64,000 bases of DNA from an uncultured Aliarcobacter sp. (GTDB lineage: Bacteria; Campylobacterota; Campylobacteria; Campylobacterales; Arcobacteraceae). The translations under genes were made by a program, and so were the position numbers. Of the stretch, positions 9,363 through 19,211 are shown piece by piece (within the stretch, counting starts at the first letter, position 1; every line of letters starts with the position of its first letter). Under the pieces are notes generated by a model. It was given only the letters and a program-made list of their open reading frames with translations, did no database searches and was not told the DNA's origin. Location: assembly GCA_963677435.1 (NCBI GenBank), contig OY781945.1, positions 2,336,001 to 2,400,000 of the forward strand, written 5' to 3'.

Positions 9363-10400
9363 ATGAATAATGAATATAAACTAACAAAATTCGTTCAAGC
9401 TGCTGGTTGAGCTGCAAAAATGGGTCCGGGTGATCTCAAACAAACTATTTGCAGTTTAACGCCAAATGATGAAAGAATTTTAGTAGGTTTTGATACAAGT
9501 GAAGATGCAAGTGTTTATCAAATAAATGAAACACAAGCAATAGTGCAAACACTTGATTTTATTACGCCAGTTGTTGATGATCCATATATTTATGGACAAA
9601 TTGCTGCTGCAAATGCATTAAGCGATGTGTTTGCAATGGGAGCTGATGTTAAAACAGCTATGAATATCGTGGGTTTTGATAAAAAGAATATTTCAAAAGA
9701 GGCTTTAGGGCTTATTTTACAAGGTGGAAATGAGAAAATCAAAGAGTGTGGTGGTGTTCTTTTAGGTGGACACACTATTGAATCTCCTGAAATGTATTAT
9801 GGATTATCAGTTACAGGAATGATTCATCCAGATAAAATAATGAGAAATAATACTCCAAAAATTGGTCATGTTTTAGTATTAACAAAACCTCTTGGAATGG
9901 GAATTTTATCAACAGCTGTAAAAAGAGATTTATTACCTTTAAATCTCATAAAAGATTGTGCAAAAATAATGGCTAGTTTAAACTATTTGCCATCAAAAAT
10001 TATGAGAAAATATGAGGTAAGTTCTTGTACAGATATTACAGGATTTGGACTTATGGGTCATGCATTAGAGTGTATAAATGATTTAGTATCTTTTGCTATT
10101 TTTCACTCAAAAGTTCCAATTGTGCACGAAGCTATACAATTGGCAAATGAGGGTGTAGTTCCTGGTGGAAGCAAAAGAAATATGAAATATGTGGAAGATA
10201 GAATCACATATCCAGCTAATCTTGAATCTTCATATCAAACTCTACTTTGTGATGCTCAAACTTCTGGTGGCTTATTAATAGCAATGAAAGAAGAAGATGC
10301 AAAAGAGTATATAAAAGAGATTGAAGAGTTATCATTTGGATATGCAAATATTATAGGAGAAGTAATCCCAAGAGGAATTTCTCCTATAATCATATATTAA
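9363..10400 (+). CDS. selD: Selenide, water dikinase (selenophosphate synthetase), Sec-containing
   Basis: ATG 9363 after AAGGA reads MNNEYKLTKFVQAAG-(TGA 9408-9410)-AAKMGPG, in frame with the ORF at 9420. This matches the SelD G(C/U)xxK motif. TLDFITPVVDDPY, GGHT, DITGFGL and DAQTSGGLL also present. Confidence 0.95.
9411..9455 (+). promoter_or_regulatory. Candidate bacterial SECIS stem-loop
   Basis: Immediately 3' of the UGA: CTGCAAA (9412-9418) can pair with TTTGCAG (9448-9454), and GGGTC-CGGGT-GATCT forms an apical hairpin with a G-rich loop. Confidence 0.55.
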
Positions 10401-10933
10401 TTACACAAAGTTGAATCTTGTTGACATAACACTTCAAGATTCTCTTTAGCTTCTTTATGTCCTTGATTAGCAGCTAATCTATAATACATAGCAGCTTTTT
10501 TTAAATCTTGCTCAACTCCAATAGCATTTTGATACATAGTTCCAAGATTGTATTGAGCTTCTGCATATCCTTGGTTTGCTGATTTTTCAAACCATTTTAA
10601 AGCTTCTTTATCAGATTGACCTGTTGCAGAACCATTTGCATACATATTTCCTAAGTCATTTTGGGCTTTTGCATTACCTTTTAAAGCTTTTTCTTTTAAA
10701 CTCTCTAATTTAGGTTTTCCTTTGTTTGTTTCAATATTTTGAACAGGAGGCGTTTGTTCTTGGTTATTTTGCTCCGTTGTAATTGTAGTACTTTGATCTA
10801 CACTTGCAGAAGTTGAACTGTTTTGTTCTGTGTTATTTTGAGTTAAATCATTTGAAGTTGCTGGTTTATTAATAAAAATTATTGTACCAACTAAAGCAAC
10901 TAAAACTACTACACCTAAAACTATTTTTTTCAT
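10397..10933 (-). CDS. Sel1-repeat (SLR) protein with N-terminal membrane anchor
   Basis: AQNDLGNMYANG, AQYNLGTMYQNAIGVEQD repeats after a TM segment and a Q/N/T-rich linker. Confidence 0.88.
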   Translation of the reverse strand: MKKIVLGVVVLVALVGTIIFINKPATSNDLTQNNTEQNSSTSASVDQSTTITTEQNNQEQTPPVQNIETNKGKPKLESLKEKALKGNAKAQNDLGNMYANGSATGQSDKEALKWFEKSANQGYAEAQYNLGTMYQNAIGVEQDLKKAAMYYRLAANQGHKEAKENLEVLCQQDSTLCN

Positions 10934-11087
10934 TTGTTTTCCTAAGATTTTTGGGGTTAATGACCATAATTATAACGAAATTACTTTAATAAATTATTTT
11001 AAATTTTTCAAGAATTAAGTAAAAAAATTTTTACCTAAATTAAGCTTTTTAGTATTGTGTATAAGATATAATCATTTCAATTTAAAG

Positions 11088-11187
11088 TGGCGAGAAGGTG
11101 TAGGAATCGAACCTACCACAGCGTATTACACATAAACCGTCAATCAGGGTTGAAGCCTGTGGTGCCCACCAGGTACACTAACCTCCC
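11088..11187 (-). tRNA. selC: tRNA-Sec (anticodon UCA)
   Basis: Minus strand ends in GCCA. T arm GTAGG-TTCGATT-CCTAC, anticodon arm CAGG-CT TCA AC-CCTG (TCA = 11153-11151), long variable arm, ~100 nt; lies between selD and selA. Confidence 0.93.
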
Positions 11188-11244
11188 ACTTGTAAGAAGC
11201 AAATATTACATAAAACAATTTTAAAATCATCTGAAAGGGTAAAA

Positions 11245-12591
11245 ATGTCTTTACTAAAATCCATTCCAAAGGTTGATAAGTTTATCACAAACAAAGCTTT
11301 TGAGGGATTATCTACGACTTTAATTACTAAAATTTCAAAGGAAGTTATAGAAAAATTAAGAGAAGATATATTAAATAATAAAATCCAAAATTTAGATGAG
11401 AATTCTCTAGTTTTTAATGTACTAAAAGAGTATGAAACAATCATAAAACCCTCTTTACAAACTTTGATAAATGCAACTGGAATTATAATTCATACAAATC
11501 TAGGAAGAAGTTTAATAAATAAAAAAAGCCTAGAAAAAGCTATAGAAATAGCAACTTCTTACAACAATCTTGAGTATGATTTACTTGAGGGCAAAAGAGG
11601 TGAAAGATATTCGCATATTGTAAAAACACTTCAAAAGTTAACAGGCTGTGAAGATGCAATTGTAGTAAATAATAATGCAAGTGCTGTTTTTTTGATTTTA
11701 AACACATTTGCAAAAAATAAAGAAGTAATTGTTAGTCGTGGAGAGTTGGTTGAAATTGGAGGAAGTTTTAGAGTTCCTGAAGTTATGAACCAAAGTGGAG
11801 CAATACTTAAAGAAGTTGGAACTACAAATAAAACACATTTAAGTGATTATGAAAACTCTATAAATGAAAATACCTCTATGCTTATGAAAGTTCATAAATC
11901 AAACTACTCAATTGAAGGTTTCACAAGTGAAGTGAATTTTGAAGAGATTGTAAAAGTTGCAAAACAAAATAATATCATTGATTACTACGACATGGGAAGT
12001 GGACACATTATTGATTTACCTTTTAATCTATCTCAAAAAGAGCCATCTATTTTAGAAATTATGAAATATAATCCTTCACTTTTGAGTTTTTCAGGGGATA
12101 AACTTTTAGGAAGTGTACAAGCTGGAATCATAATAGGAAAAAAAGAGTTAATAGAAAAAATCAAAAAAAATCAGCTTTTAAGAATGTTAAGAGTTGATAA
12201 AATAACTCTTAGTATTTTAGAAGACACTCTAAATTCATATTTAAAAAATGAGCTTGATGATATTCCAACTTTAAAAATGCTTTTTACTTCCCTTGAAACT
12301 TTAGAACAAAGAGCAAATAATCTTTTTGAAAAAGTAAAAACTCTTTGTAAATGTGAAGTTATAAAAACCCAAACTTTAATTGGTGGAGGAACAACTCCAA
12401 ATAAAAAAATTCCATCAATCGCCCTTTGTATTGAACATGATAATTACAAACCAAATCAACTAGAAAAACTTTTAAGAAAAAATAATTTAATAGCAAGAAT
12501 AGAAAATGAAAAATTACTACTTGATTTTAGAACCATTCAAGAAAATGAAATAGAAAAAATTGCTGATATTCTAAAAAAGGTATTTAACTAA
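11245..12591 (+). CDS. selA: L-seryl-tRNA(Sec) selenium transferase
   Basis: INATGIIIHTNLGRS, VVNNNASA, SRGELVEIGGSFRVPE, FSGDKLLG (PLP lysine). Confidence 0.97.
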   Translation: MSLLKSIPKVDKFITNKAFEGLSTTLITKISKEVIEKLREDILNNKIQNLDENSLVFNVLKEYETIIKPSLQTLINATGIIIHTNLGRSLINKKSLEKAIEIATSYNNLEYDLLEGKRGERYSHIVKTLQKLTGCEDAIVVNNNASAVFLILNTFAKNKEVIVSRGELVEIGGSFRVPEVMNQSGAILKEVGTTNKTHLSDYENSINENTSMLMKVHKSNYSIEGFTSEVNFEEIVKVAKQNNIIDYYDMGSGHIIDLPFNLSQKEPSILEIMKYNPSLLSFSGDKLLGSVQAGIIIGKKELIEKIKKNQLLRMLRVDKITLSILEDTLNSYLKNELDDIPTLKMLFTSLETLEQRANNLFEKVKTLCKCEVIKTQTLIGGGTTPNKKIPSIALCIEHDNYKPNQLEKLLRKNNLIARIENEKLLLDFRTIQENEIEKIADILKKVFN

Positions 12592-14423
12592 TGTCAAATA
12601 TTATTATAGGAACAGCAGGTCATATTGACCATGGTAAAACAGCTTTAATCAAAGCACTTAATGGCTTTGAGGGTGATAGTACAGATGAAGAGAAACAAAG
12701 AGGAATCACTATTGATTTATCTTTTTCAAATATGACAAAAGGCCAACAAAACATAGCTTTTATTGATGTTCCAGGACATGAAAAACTTGTAAAAAATATG
12801 ATTGCAGGTGCTTTTGGATTTGATTATGTAATGCTTGTAGTTAGTGCTGCTGAGGGAATAAAACCTCAAACTGTTGAACATATAGAGATTATTAATCTTT
12901 TGGGATTAAAAGAGTTAATTGTAGTAATTACAAAAAAAGATTTGGTTAGTGAAGATGAACTAAATATAAAAAAAGAAGAGATTTTAGAGTTTTTAGATAA
13001 TTTTGATTTTGAAATTAAATTTGTAAGTTGCGTATCCGTTTATGATGAAACTTCAATAGAAAGACTAAAAAATCAGCTTTTTACAATAAATAATAGTATA
13101 AAACAAGAAGAAAATTTCTTTAGATTTTATGTGGATAGAGTTTTTTCTCCAAAAGGAATTGGTACAGTTGTAACGGGAACTGTTTTAGGGAAAAAATGTG
13201 AACTAGATGAAAAACTATATATTTGTCAAAGCCAAAAAGAGACAAAAATAAAAAATATTCAAGTTCATAACCAAAATGCCCTTGAAGCAACTATCTCTTC
13301 TAGAGCTGCTTTAAATCTTCAAGGTGTAAATATTTCCCACATAAATAAAGGTGATTTAATCACAAAAAAAGGTCATATTAGAGGATTTGATGGAATTGAC
13401 ATATCTTTTAAATGTTTAAAAGGCAAAAAATTAAATCACAATCAAACATATACTTTATTTATTGGAGCAAAAAAAGTAGAAGTTAAAGTTTTACTTTTTG
13501 ATTGTATTACAAACCTTGAAGAGGGTTTTGCAACAATAAAAGCAAGTGAGAATCTTTATACAATTTTTGGTGAAAAAGTAATACTAAGAAGTGGAAATGA
13601 TACGATTTGTGGGGGAATTGTTTTAAATCCAATAATTGATCCTATGAAAAAAAATCAAAAAAGAAATCTTTTAGAAGCATTAGATAAAAAAGATTTTGCA
13701 AGTGCTTATAAAGAGCTACTAGAAGCTCACAAAAAAGGTTTAGGAATCATCTCTTCAACCCAAAGATTTGCCCTTTCTCATAGTGAAGCAATTGAATTTA
13801 CAAAAAATATGAAAGATGTTTTTGTAGATGAAAAAGAGTTAATTATTTACCCTATTTCTACAAAAGAATTTGTAAAAGATTTTATAAGAGGGATTTATAC
13901 TAAAAATACTTATGCTCTACTTTCAAATGCTTCAATTGCATTACGATTAAAGTGGGCTAGTACTTTATTTATCCAAAGTGCTTTAGATGAACTTGAAGCT
14001 GAAAACTTTTTAATAAGAGATGTTTCTTTATATAAAAATGCAAATATCAAAGAAGATTTTGCAAAAGATTTAGAAGATATTGTTTTAAATAGATTAAAAC
14101 AAGAAGATATAACTCCAACTGCTCCTTATAATATTTATGATGATTTAGATATTGATAGAAAATTAGGTGATGATATTTTAAAATCATTAACTGCAAAAAA
14201 ACAAGTAATGAGACTTCAACACAATCTATTTATTCATTTTGAAAGTTTAAATAAAATAGTAAAAACTATGAGAGAAATCATCAAAGAAGATGGATATATA
14301 AATCTTTCAAACTTAAAACAAAGATTTGATTTAAGTAGAAAATATCTAATTACTTATCTTGATTATTTAGATAATTATTCAGATATAAAAAAAGTTGAAG
14401 ATAAAAGATTATTTAATCAATAA
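12591..14423 (+). CDS. selB: Selenocysteine-specific elongation factor
   Basis: GTAGHIDHGKT, RGITIDL, DVPGHE GTPase motifs; C-terminal winged helix LSRKYLITYLDYLD; follows selA. Confidence 0.97.
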   Translation: MSNIIIGTAGHIDHGKTALIKALNGFEGDSTDEEKQRGITIDLSFSNMTKGQQNIAFIDVPGHEKLVKNMIAGAFGFDYVMLVVSAAEGIKPQTVEHIEIINLLGLKELIVVITKKDLVSEDELNIKKEEILEFLDNFDFEIKFVSCVSVYDETSIERLKNQLFTINNSIKQEENFFRFYVDRVFSPKGIGTVVTGTVLGKKCELDEKLYICQSQKETKIKNIQVHNQNALEATISSRAALNLQGVNISHINKGDLITKKGHIRGFDGIDISFKCLKGKKLNHNQTYTLFIGAKKVEVKVLLFDCITNLEEGFATIKASENLYTIFGEKVILRSGNDTICGGIVLNPIIDPMKKNQKRNLLEALDKKDFASAYKELLEAHKKGLGIISSTQRFALSHSEAIEFTKNMKDVFVDEKELIIYPISTKEFVKDFIRGIYTKNTYALLSNASIALRLKWASTLFIQSALDELEAENFLIRDVSLYKNANIKEDFAKDLEDIVLNRLKQEDITPTAPYNIYDDLDIDRKLGDDILKSLTAKKQVMRLQHNLFIHFESLNKIVKTMREIIKEDGYINLSNLKQRFDLSRKYLITYLDYLDNYSDIKKVEDKRLFNQ

Positions 14424-14451
14424 TCTTTTATCTAATATTTAAAGGAAGAGT

Positions 14452-16476
14452 TTAAAAACTCTCCCATTCATCATTATCTTTTGTATTAGAAGTTATAGTT
14501 TTTTTAACTTCAACTTTTGAAGAAGAGTGAGACTCAATTTTTTTTGGTTGAACTTTTTGAGTTGAAGATTGTTGTTTTACTTCAACTGTTTTTGGATGAT
14601 TAGATTTTTTACTTTTAACATCATTTTTACCTTCAAACTCTTTTTCATCTGCATCAGCAACAATTGTTGAAGCTATACTTTGTGTTTGATTCGCTATATC
14701 TTTAGTTTGAGCAGCAACTATAGCATTAGCTTGTGTTTGTTGGTCTAATGAATTAATAGCGTTATTAATTTGCTCTATTCCTTGTTGTTGTTCTTTAATA
14801 ACAACCTCTACGCTTTTAATTAATTGCATTGTTTTAGAAATATTTTCAGTTAAACCACCGTATCCTGAAATCATTTTATCTGCAATATTTTTACCATTAT
14901 TTGCTTTTCCTGTTGCATTTTCAACTAAAGTTTTAATCTCTTTTGCTGCTTCTGCTGATCTTGAAGCTAGATTTCTTACTTCTGCTGCAACAACGGCAAA
15001 TCCTTTTCCAGCTTCACCAGCAGTTGCAGCTTCAACAGCTGCATTTAGAGAAAGAATATTTGTTTGGAAAGCAATTTGGTCAATTACCGTTATTGCTTCA
15101 TTTATTGCATTTACTTGATTATTAATTTCATCCATTGAAATTGTAGTTTCGCTTGCTAGTTTTTGACCTTCATTTGCAGAATTAGTAAGTTCATTTGCAT
15201 AAGTAACCATTTGCATTACATTTTGAGTATTACTTGACATATTACTTGTGATTTCTTCTAAAGCTGCTGCAGTCTCTTCAATACTTGCAGCTGCTTGAGT
15301 TGAAGCTCTACTTAATTTATCAACATTTGTTAAAAGATAATCTGCACTATCTTGTAGTGATAATCCATTTGTTTTATTTAAAACCAACATATCACTTATA
15401 ACTTTTGCCAAAGAGTTTAATCCAATAGCTGTTTGACCTGTAGCTTCTGGAATTCTATATGCAAAATTCATATTTTGGAACTGATTTAATGCACCTTCAA
15501 TTTTATTTATGTCAGTTGAAACTTTTTGGGCAATTACTTTTAACATTTCATTAAAAATTACTTTTAACTCTTCAAGAGATTCATTTTGTGTACTTGCATT
15601 TACTTTTGTACTTAGATTACCAGTTTTAACAACTTCAACTACTTTTTTAACATCTGCAATTAAATGTTCATCTTGAGTTATAGATTTTTTAGTCTTATCA
15701 ATATTTGCATTTACAACTTCTGAGATTTTACTAATTTCATCATTTGAACTTGTATCAAGCATTGAAACATCTTTTGTTTCTTTATTTAAGAAAGCAAAAA
15801 ATCCTAAAAGACCATCTTGTAATTTTTTAATAGAACTATTAATGTTTTTACCTAGTAAATATGAGAATAAAATTGTTACTAAAATTGTTAATAATGCAAT
15901 TACTAAAAATACAGTTAAAGAAACTTCGATTAAATCATCTGTTTGTACCTTATTTACTTCAATAACTTTATAAGTTTCATCTGTAAAATAATTGATTAAA
16001 TCTCTCATTGATTCATAATCTTTAAGATAAGTAGTAAAATAAAAACTTTTTGCTTCATCAATATTTTTATTATTAACCAATTCTAAGATTTTTGCTGTGT
16101 TAGATTTTGTTAAGGCATAGTATTTTTCAAATTCATCAAACTTATCTTTATTAGCTGATAATTTATCTGCCAATCTTACTTTAAATTTCTCATATCTTTG
16201 AGAAACTTGTAAGACATTATCATTTACACCTTTTGCAATCAACTTGTCGATTTTTTCTTTATCATTCAAATTCATAATCTGAATTAAGGCTACATTTGAT
16301 TGATAAGAATCTCTATCTGCTTCAAGAAGAAATGTAATTCCTGAAAAATTTACATCTGCTAACTCTTTAACATTTGATTTTATGTTTGATATATTGTATG
16401 AAACATAAATACTCGATGATATTGATAAAACCAATAACACCAAAAAAGCCATAACAATCTTATTTCTTATACTCAT
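14452..16476 (-). CDS. Methyl-accepting chemotaxis protein (periplasmic helical-bundle sensor)
   Basis: Two TM segments and hairpin [37 protein letters not shown]. Start moved to ATG 16476 with a GGGGAG RBS. Confidence 0.95.
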   Translation of the reverse strand: MSIRNKIVMAFLVLLVLSISSSIYVSYNISNIKSNVKELADVNFSGITFLLEADRDSYQSNVALIQIMNLNDKEKIDKLIAKGVNDNVLQVSQRYEKFKVRLADKLSANKDKFDEFEKYYALTKSNTAKILELVNNKNIDEAKSFYFTTYLKDYESMRDLINYFTDETYKVIEVNKVQTDDLIEVSLTVFLVIALLTILVTILFSYLLGKNINSSIKKLQDGLLGFFAFLNKETKDVSMLDTSSNDEISKISEVVNANIDKTKKSITQDEHLIADVKKVVEVVKTGNLSTKVNASTQNESLEELKVIFNEMLKVIAQKVSTDINKIEGALNQFQNMNFAYRIPEATGQTAIGLNSLAKVISDMLVLNKTNGLSLQDSADYLLTNVDKLSRASTQAAASIEETAAALEEITSNMSSNTQNVMQMVTYANELTNSANEGQKLASETTISMDEINNQVNAINEAITVIDQIAFQTNILSLNAAVEAATAGEAGKGFAVVAAEVRNLASRSAEAAKEIKTLVENATGKANNGKNIADKMISGYGGLTENISKTMQLIKSVEVVIKEQQQGIEQINNAINSLDQQTQANAIVAAQTKDIANQTQSIASTIVADADEKEFEGKNDVKSKKSNHPKTVEVKQQSSTQKVQPKKIESHSSSKVEVKKTITSNTKDNDEWESF

Positions 16477-16519
16477 TTTAGTTCTCCCCCTATATTTATT
16501 AAGTAAATTGTAACATAAC

Positions 16520-16560
16520 AATCTGAGTAATTTACTTATATAATCTGAGTAATCTGAGTA
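16520..16560. repeat. Three direct copies of AATCTGAGTA in the divergent MCP/helicase intergenic region
   Basis: Copies start at 16520, 16542 and 16551. Confidence 0.8.
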
Positions 16561-16631
16561 AAAATAATTTTATTTTTTTTCTTAATTAATTATTTTATTG
16601 ATAATTTAGTCTGTAATGCTACAATTCCAAG

Positions 16632-18257
16632 ATGATATTAACCAAAGAACAAGAAGAGATAATCAATAGCGATAAACTCTCATTTAAAATCAATGCAGTT
16701 GCTGGAAGTGGAAAAACAACAACACTACTTGAGTATGCAAAAAAAAATTCCCATTTAAAGATTTTATATTTAGCATATAATAAATCTTTACAAACTTCAC
16801 TGCAAGATAAATTAAAAGAGTACAACTTACCTTCTATGCATATAAGCACTATTCACTCCCTTGCTTATAATAAAATTGAAGCTTATAACTACACTCTTGC
16901 CCATGATTTAAAAAATCAAATTATAGAAAATTTACTAATTAAACACGAACTCACAATTAATCAAAAAGCCTATTATCCAATTCCTGAATATGTAGCTTTG
17001 ATAAAAGATTTAGTAAATTTTTATTGTAACTCTTCACTAATCGCCCTTGATTCAAAACTAATAGAGTCTTACAAAAAACAATCAGAACTAGGTGCAAAAA
17101 TACTTGAACTAATAAATAAAAATGAAACAAGAGTAATTGAGCATCTAAAAACAATTTTGAGTGCAATGAAAAATAAAATCATAGATGCAACCCACGATTT
17201 TTATTTAAAGATGTTTTATCTAAATAAAAAAGTATCAGCAAATCTGCCTTATGATTTGATTTTGGTAGATGAAGCTCAGGATATTTCAGATGTTATGATA
17301 GGAATTGTTGAAAATCAAAGTTGCAGACGAATTTATGTAGGTGATTCATTTCAACAAATTTATACTTTTAGATTTGCTACAAATGCCTTAAATAAAATAG
17401 ATTTACCCTCTTATGATTTAACACAAAGTTTTAGATTTGGAGATAACTTTGCCAAAGTTTTACAAAATAATCTAAATAGTTTATATTCAATAAATTCATC
17501 TAAACCTCTTAAAATATCAGGAATAGAGAAAACCACTTTGATTGGGAAAAATCATATTGATTTTAATAAACAATTTTGTGTAATTGCTCGAAGTACTTTT
17601 GGTTTGATTCAACAATTGGTCTATTTTATTCATGATAAAAAAAAGGTTTATTTTGAAGGTGGTTATAACTCTTATTCATTTATGAATCAAACTGTTTATT
17701 CTATTTTTTATCTAAAACAGAAAAAAAATGACAAAATCACAATAGATGAAATCAAAGATTTTGAAACAATAAGTGAGCTTGAACAATTTGCAAAAGATAC
17801 AAAAAATCAAGATTATCTAAATATTATAAAGTTTATCAATACTTACGGAGATAATATTTTTGAGATAAATAAAAAGATAAAAGAGTTTTTAGTAACAGAC
17901 AAAAAAGATGCTGATATTATTTTTACAACAACCCATAAATCAAAAGGTTTAGAGTATGAGCAAGTTATTATGGCTGATGATTTTATCTCAAAAAAAGAGA
18001 TAATAAATACAAAAAACAAACTCTCATATTTAAGAGTAAATGAAGAGCTAAATATCTATTATGTAGCAGCTACAAGAGCCAAAAATGCAATACAACTAGC
18101 TGATTTAAATCTAACTTACACATACAATGAAAATGATGACTCAACAACTCATGTAAGATCAAGGTTTATAAGTAAACGAGCTGATAATAAAAAAAGCAAA
18201 GAACTTCAAGAAGAGTGGCTAAAAAATAATAGAGCAAATAAAATCAATGCTTTTTAA
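16632..18257 (+). CDS. Superfamily 1 (UvrD/REP-like) helicase
   Basis: Motifs AVAGSGKTT, YLAYNK, VDEAQD, VGDSFQQIY, SFRF, TTHKSKGLEY, YYVAATRAK. Confidence 0.92.
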   Translation: MILTKEQEEIINSDKLSFKINAVAGSGKTTTLLEYAKKNSHLKILYLAYNKSLQTSLQDKLKEYNLPSMHISTIHSLAYNKIEAYNYTLAHDLKNQIIENLLIKHELTINQKAYYPIPEYVALIKDLVNFYCNSSLIALDSKLIESYKKQSELGAKILELINKNETRVIEHLKTILSAMKNKIIDATHDFYLKMFYLNKKVSANLPYDLILVDEAQDISDVMIGIVENQSCRRIYVGDSFQQIYTFRFATNALNKIDLPSYDLTQSFRFGDNFAKVLQNNLNSLYSINSSKPLKISGIEKTTLIGKNHIDFNKQFCVIARSTFGLIQQLVYFIHDKKKVYFEGGYNSYSFMNQTVYSIFYLKQKKNDKITIDEIKDFETISELEQFAKDTKNQDYLNIIKFINTYGDNIFEINKKIKEFLVTDKKDADIIFTTTHKSKGLEYEQVIMADDFISKKEIINTKNKLSYLRVNEELNIYYVAATRAKNAIQLADLNLTYTYNENDDSTTHVRSRFISKRADNKKSKELQEEWLKNNRANKINAF

Positions 18258-18266
18258 AGGATTTTC

Positions 18267-19211
18267 ATGAGAATAGTTTTACTATTATTAAGTGCTGTAT
18301 TTTTGATTGTTAGTTTTATTTTTATTCAAAATAAAAAAAAAGAACCAATAAATATATCTTTTTATCATTGGGAAAATAGTTATAATCAAAAAGAGATAAA
18401 AGAAAAAGTTTATATAAAAGTTTTAGATATTTCTTATTCAACAAAAGTTGAAGTTATAAACACAATTTTTCAAACAAAACCAAATAATATTTTTGTTCCT
18501 GTTGTTTACATCACAAATGACACCATGAAAAATGTAGATTATTCAATTATTAGCAATCAAATTATCAGAAATTTAAAAGCCACTAATTTAAGTTTTGAAG
18601 AGTTACAAATAGATTGTGATTGGTCAAGTAGTACTCAGTCAAACTATTTTAAACTTCTTGAAGATTTAAAATCAAAACTAAACAAAACTTTAAGTGCAAC
18701 TATTCGACTTCATCAAATAAAGTATTATGTAAAAACAGGAATTCCTCCCGTTGATTATGGGGTTTTGATGTATTACAATATGTCTGATATATCAGATATA
18801 AATACAAAAAATTCTATATTAGATAATGACATTGCAAAAAAATATCACTATAATTTTGATAGTTATAAATTAAAATTAAAACTTGCTCTTCCACTTTATT
18901 CTCAAGCTATCCAATTTAGAGACAATAAAGCTTTAGATATTTTTGAAGGAGCAGAAAAAAAAGATTTTGATGAAAATTTTAAAGCTTTAGATAACAATAA
19001 ATATGAAGTTATAAATAGTACTTATTTTAAAGGAAGATATGTTTATAAAGGTGATATTTTTAGATTTGAAGACTCAGAAAAAGCAGATATAAAAACAGCT
19101 TTTGATGACTTTTTTAAAATATCAAAAAATAGATTTAATGAAGTAATTTTTTACACTTTAAAATATGAAAACAAATATGATTTAGAAAAACTAATAAAAG
19201 GAAAACAATGA
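18267..19211 (+). CDS. Membrane-anchored hypothetical protein with GH18/DUF3142-like barrel motifs
   Basis: N-terminal TM; ELQIDCDW, SATIRLHQ, LMYYNM, ALPLYS resemble the strand ends of a GH18-like TIM barrel. The function call is tentative. Confidence 0.6.
   Translation: MRIVLLLLSAVFLIVSFIFIQNKKKEPINISFYHWENSYNQKEIKEKVYIKVLDISYSTKVEVINTIFQTKPNNIFVPVVYITNDTMKNVDYSIISNQIIRNLKATNLSFEELQIDCDWSSSTQSNYFKLLEDLKSKLNKTLSATIRLHQIKYYVKTGIPPVDYGVLMYYNMSDISDINTKNSILDNDIAKKYHYNFDSYKLKLKLALPLYSQAIQFRDNKALDIFEGAEKKDFDENFKALDNNKYEVINSTYFKGRYVYKGDIFRFEDSEKADIKTAFDDFFKISKNRFNEVIFYTLKYENKYDLEKLIKGKQ

Noticed and set aside
9420..10400. ORF-track start of selD at 9420, or a pseudogene interpretation
   Set aside because: The upstream TGA is at the conserved Sec/Cys position and the full Sec machinery is adjacent.
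10397..11100. Genomic island integrated at the 3' end of tRNA-Sec
   Set aside because: I saw no integrase and no duplicated tRNA 3' end; only a single Sel1 gene lies between selC and selD.
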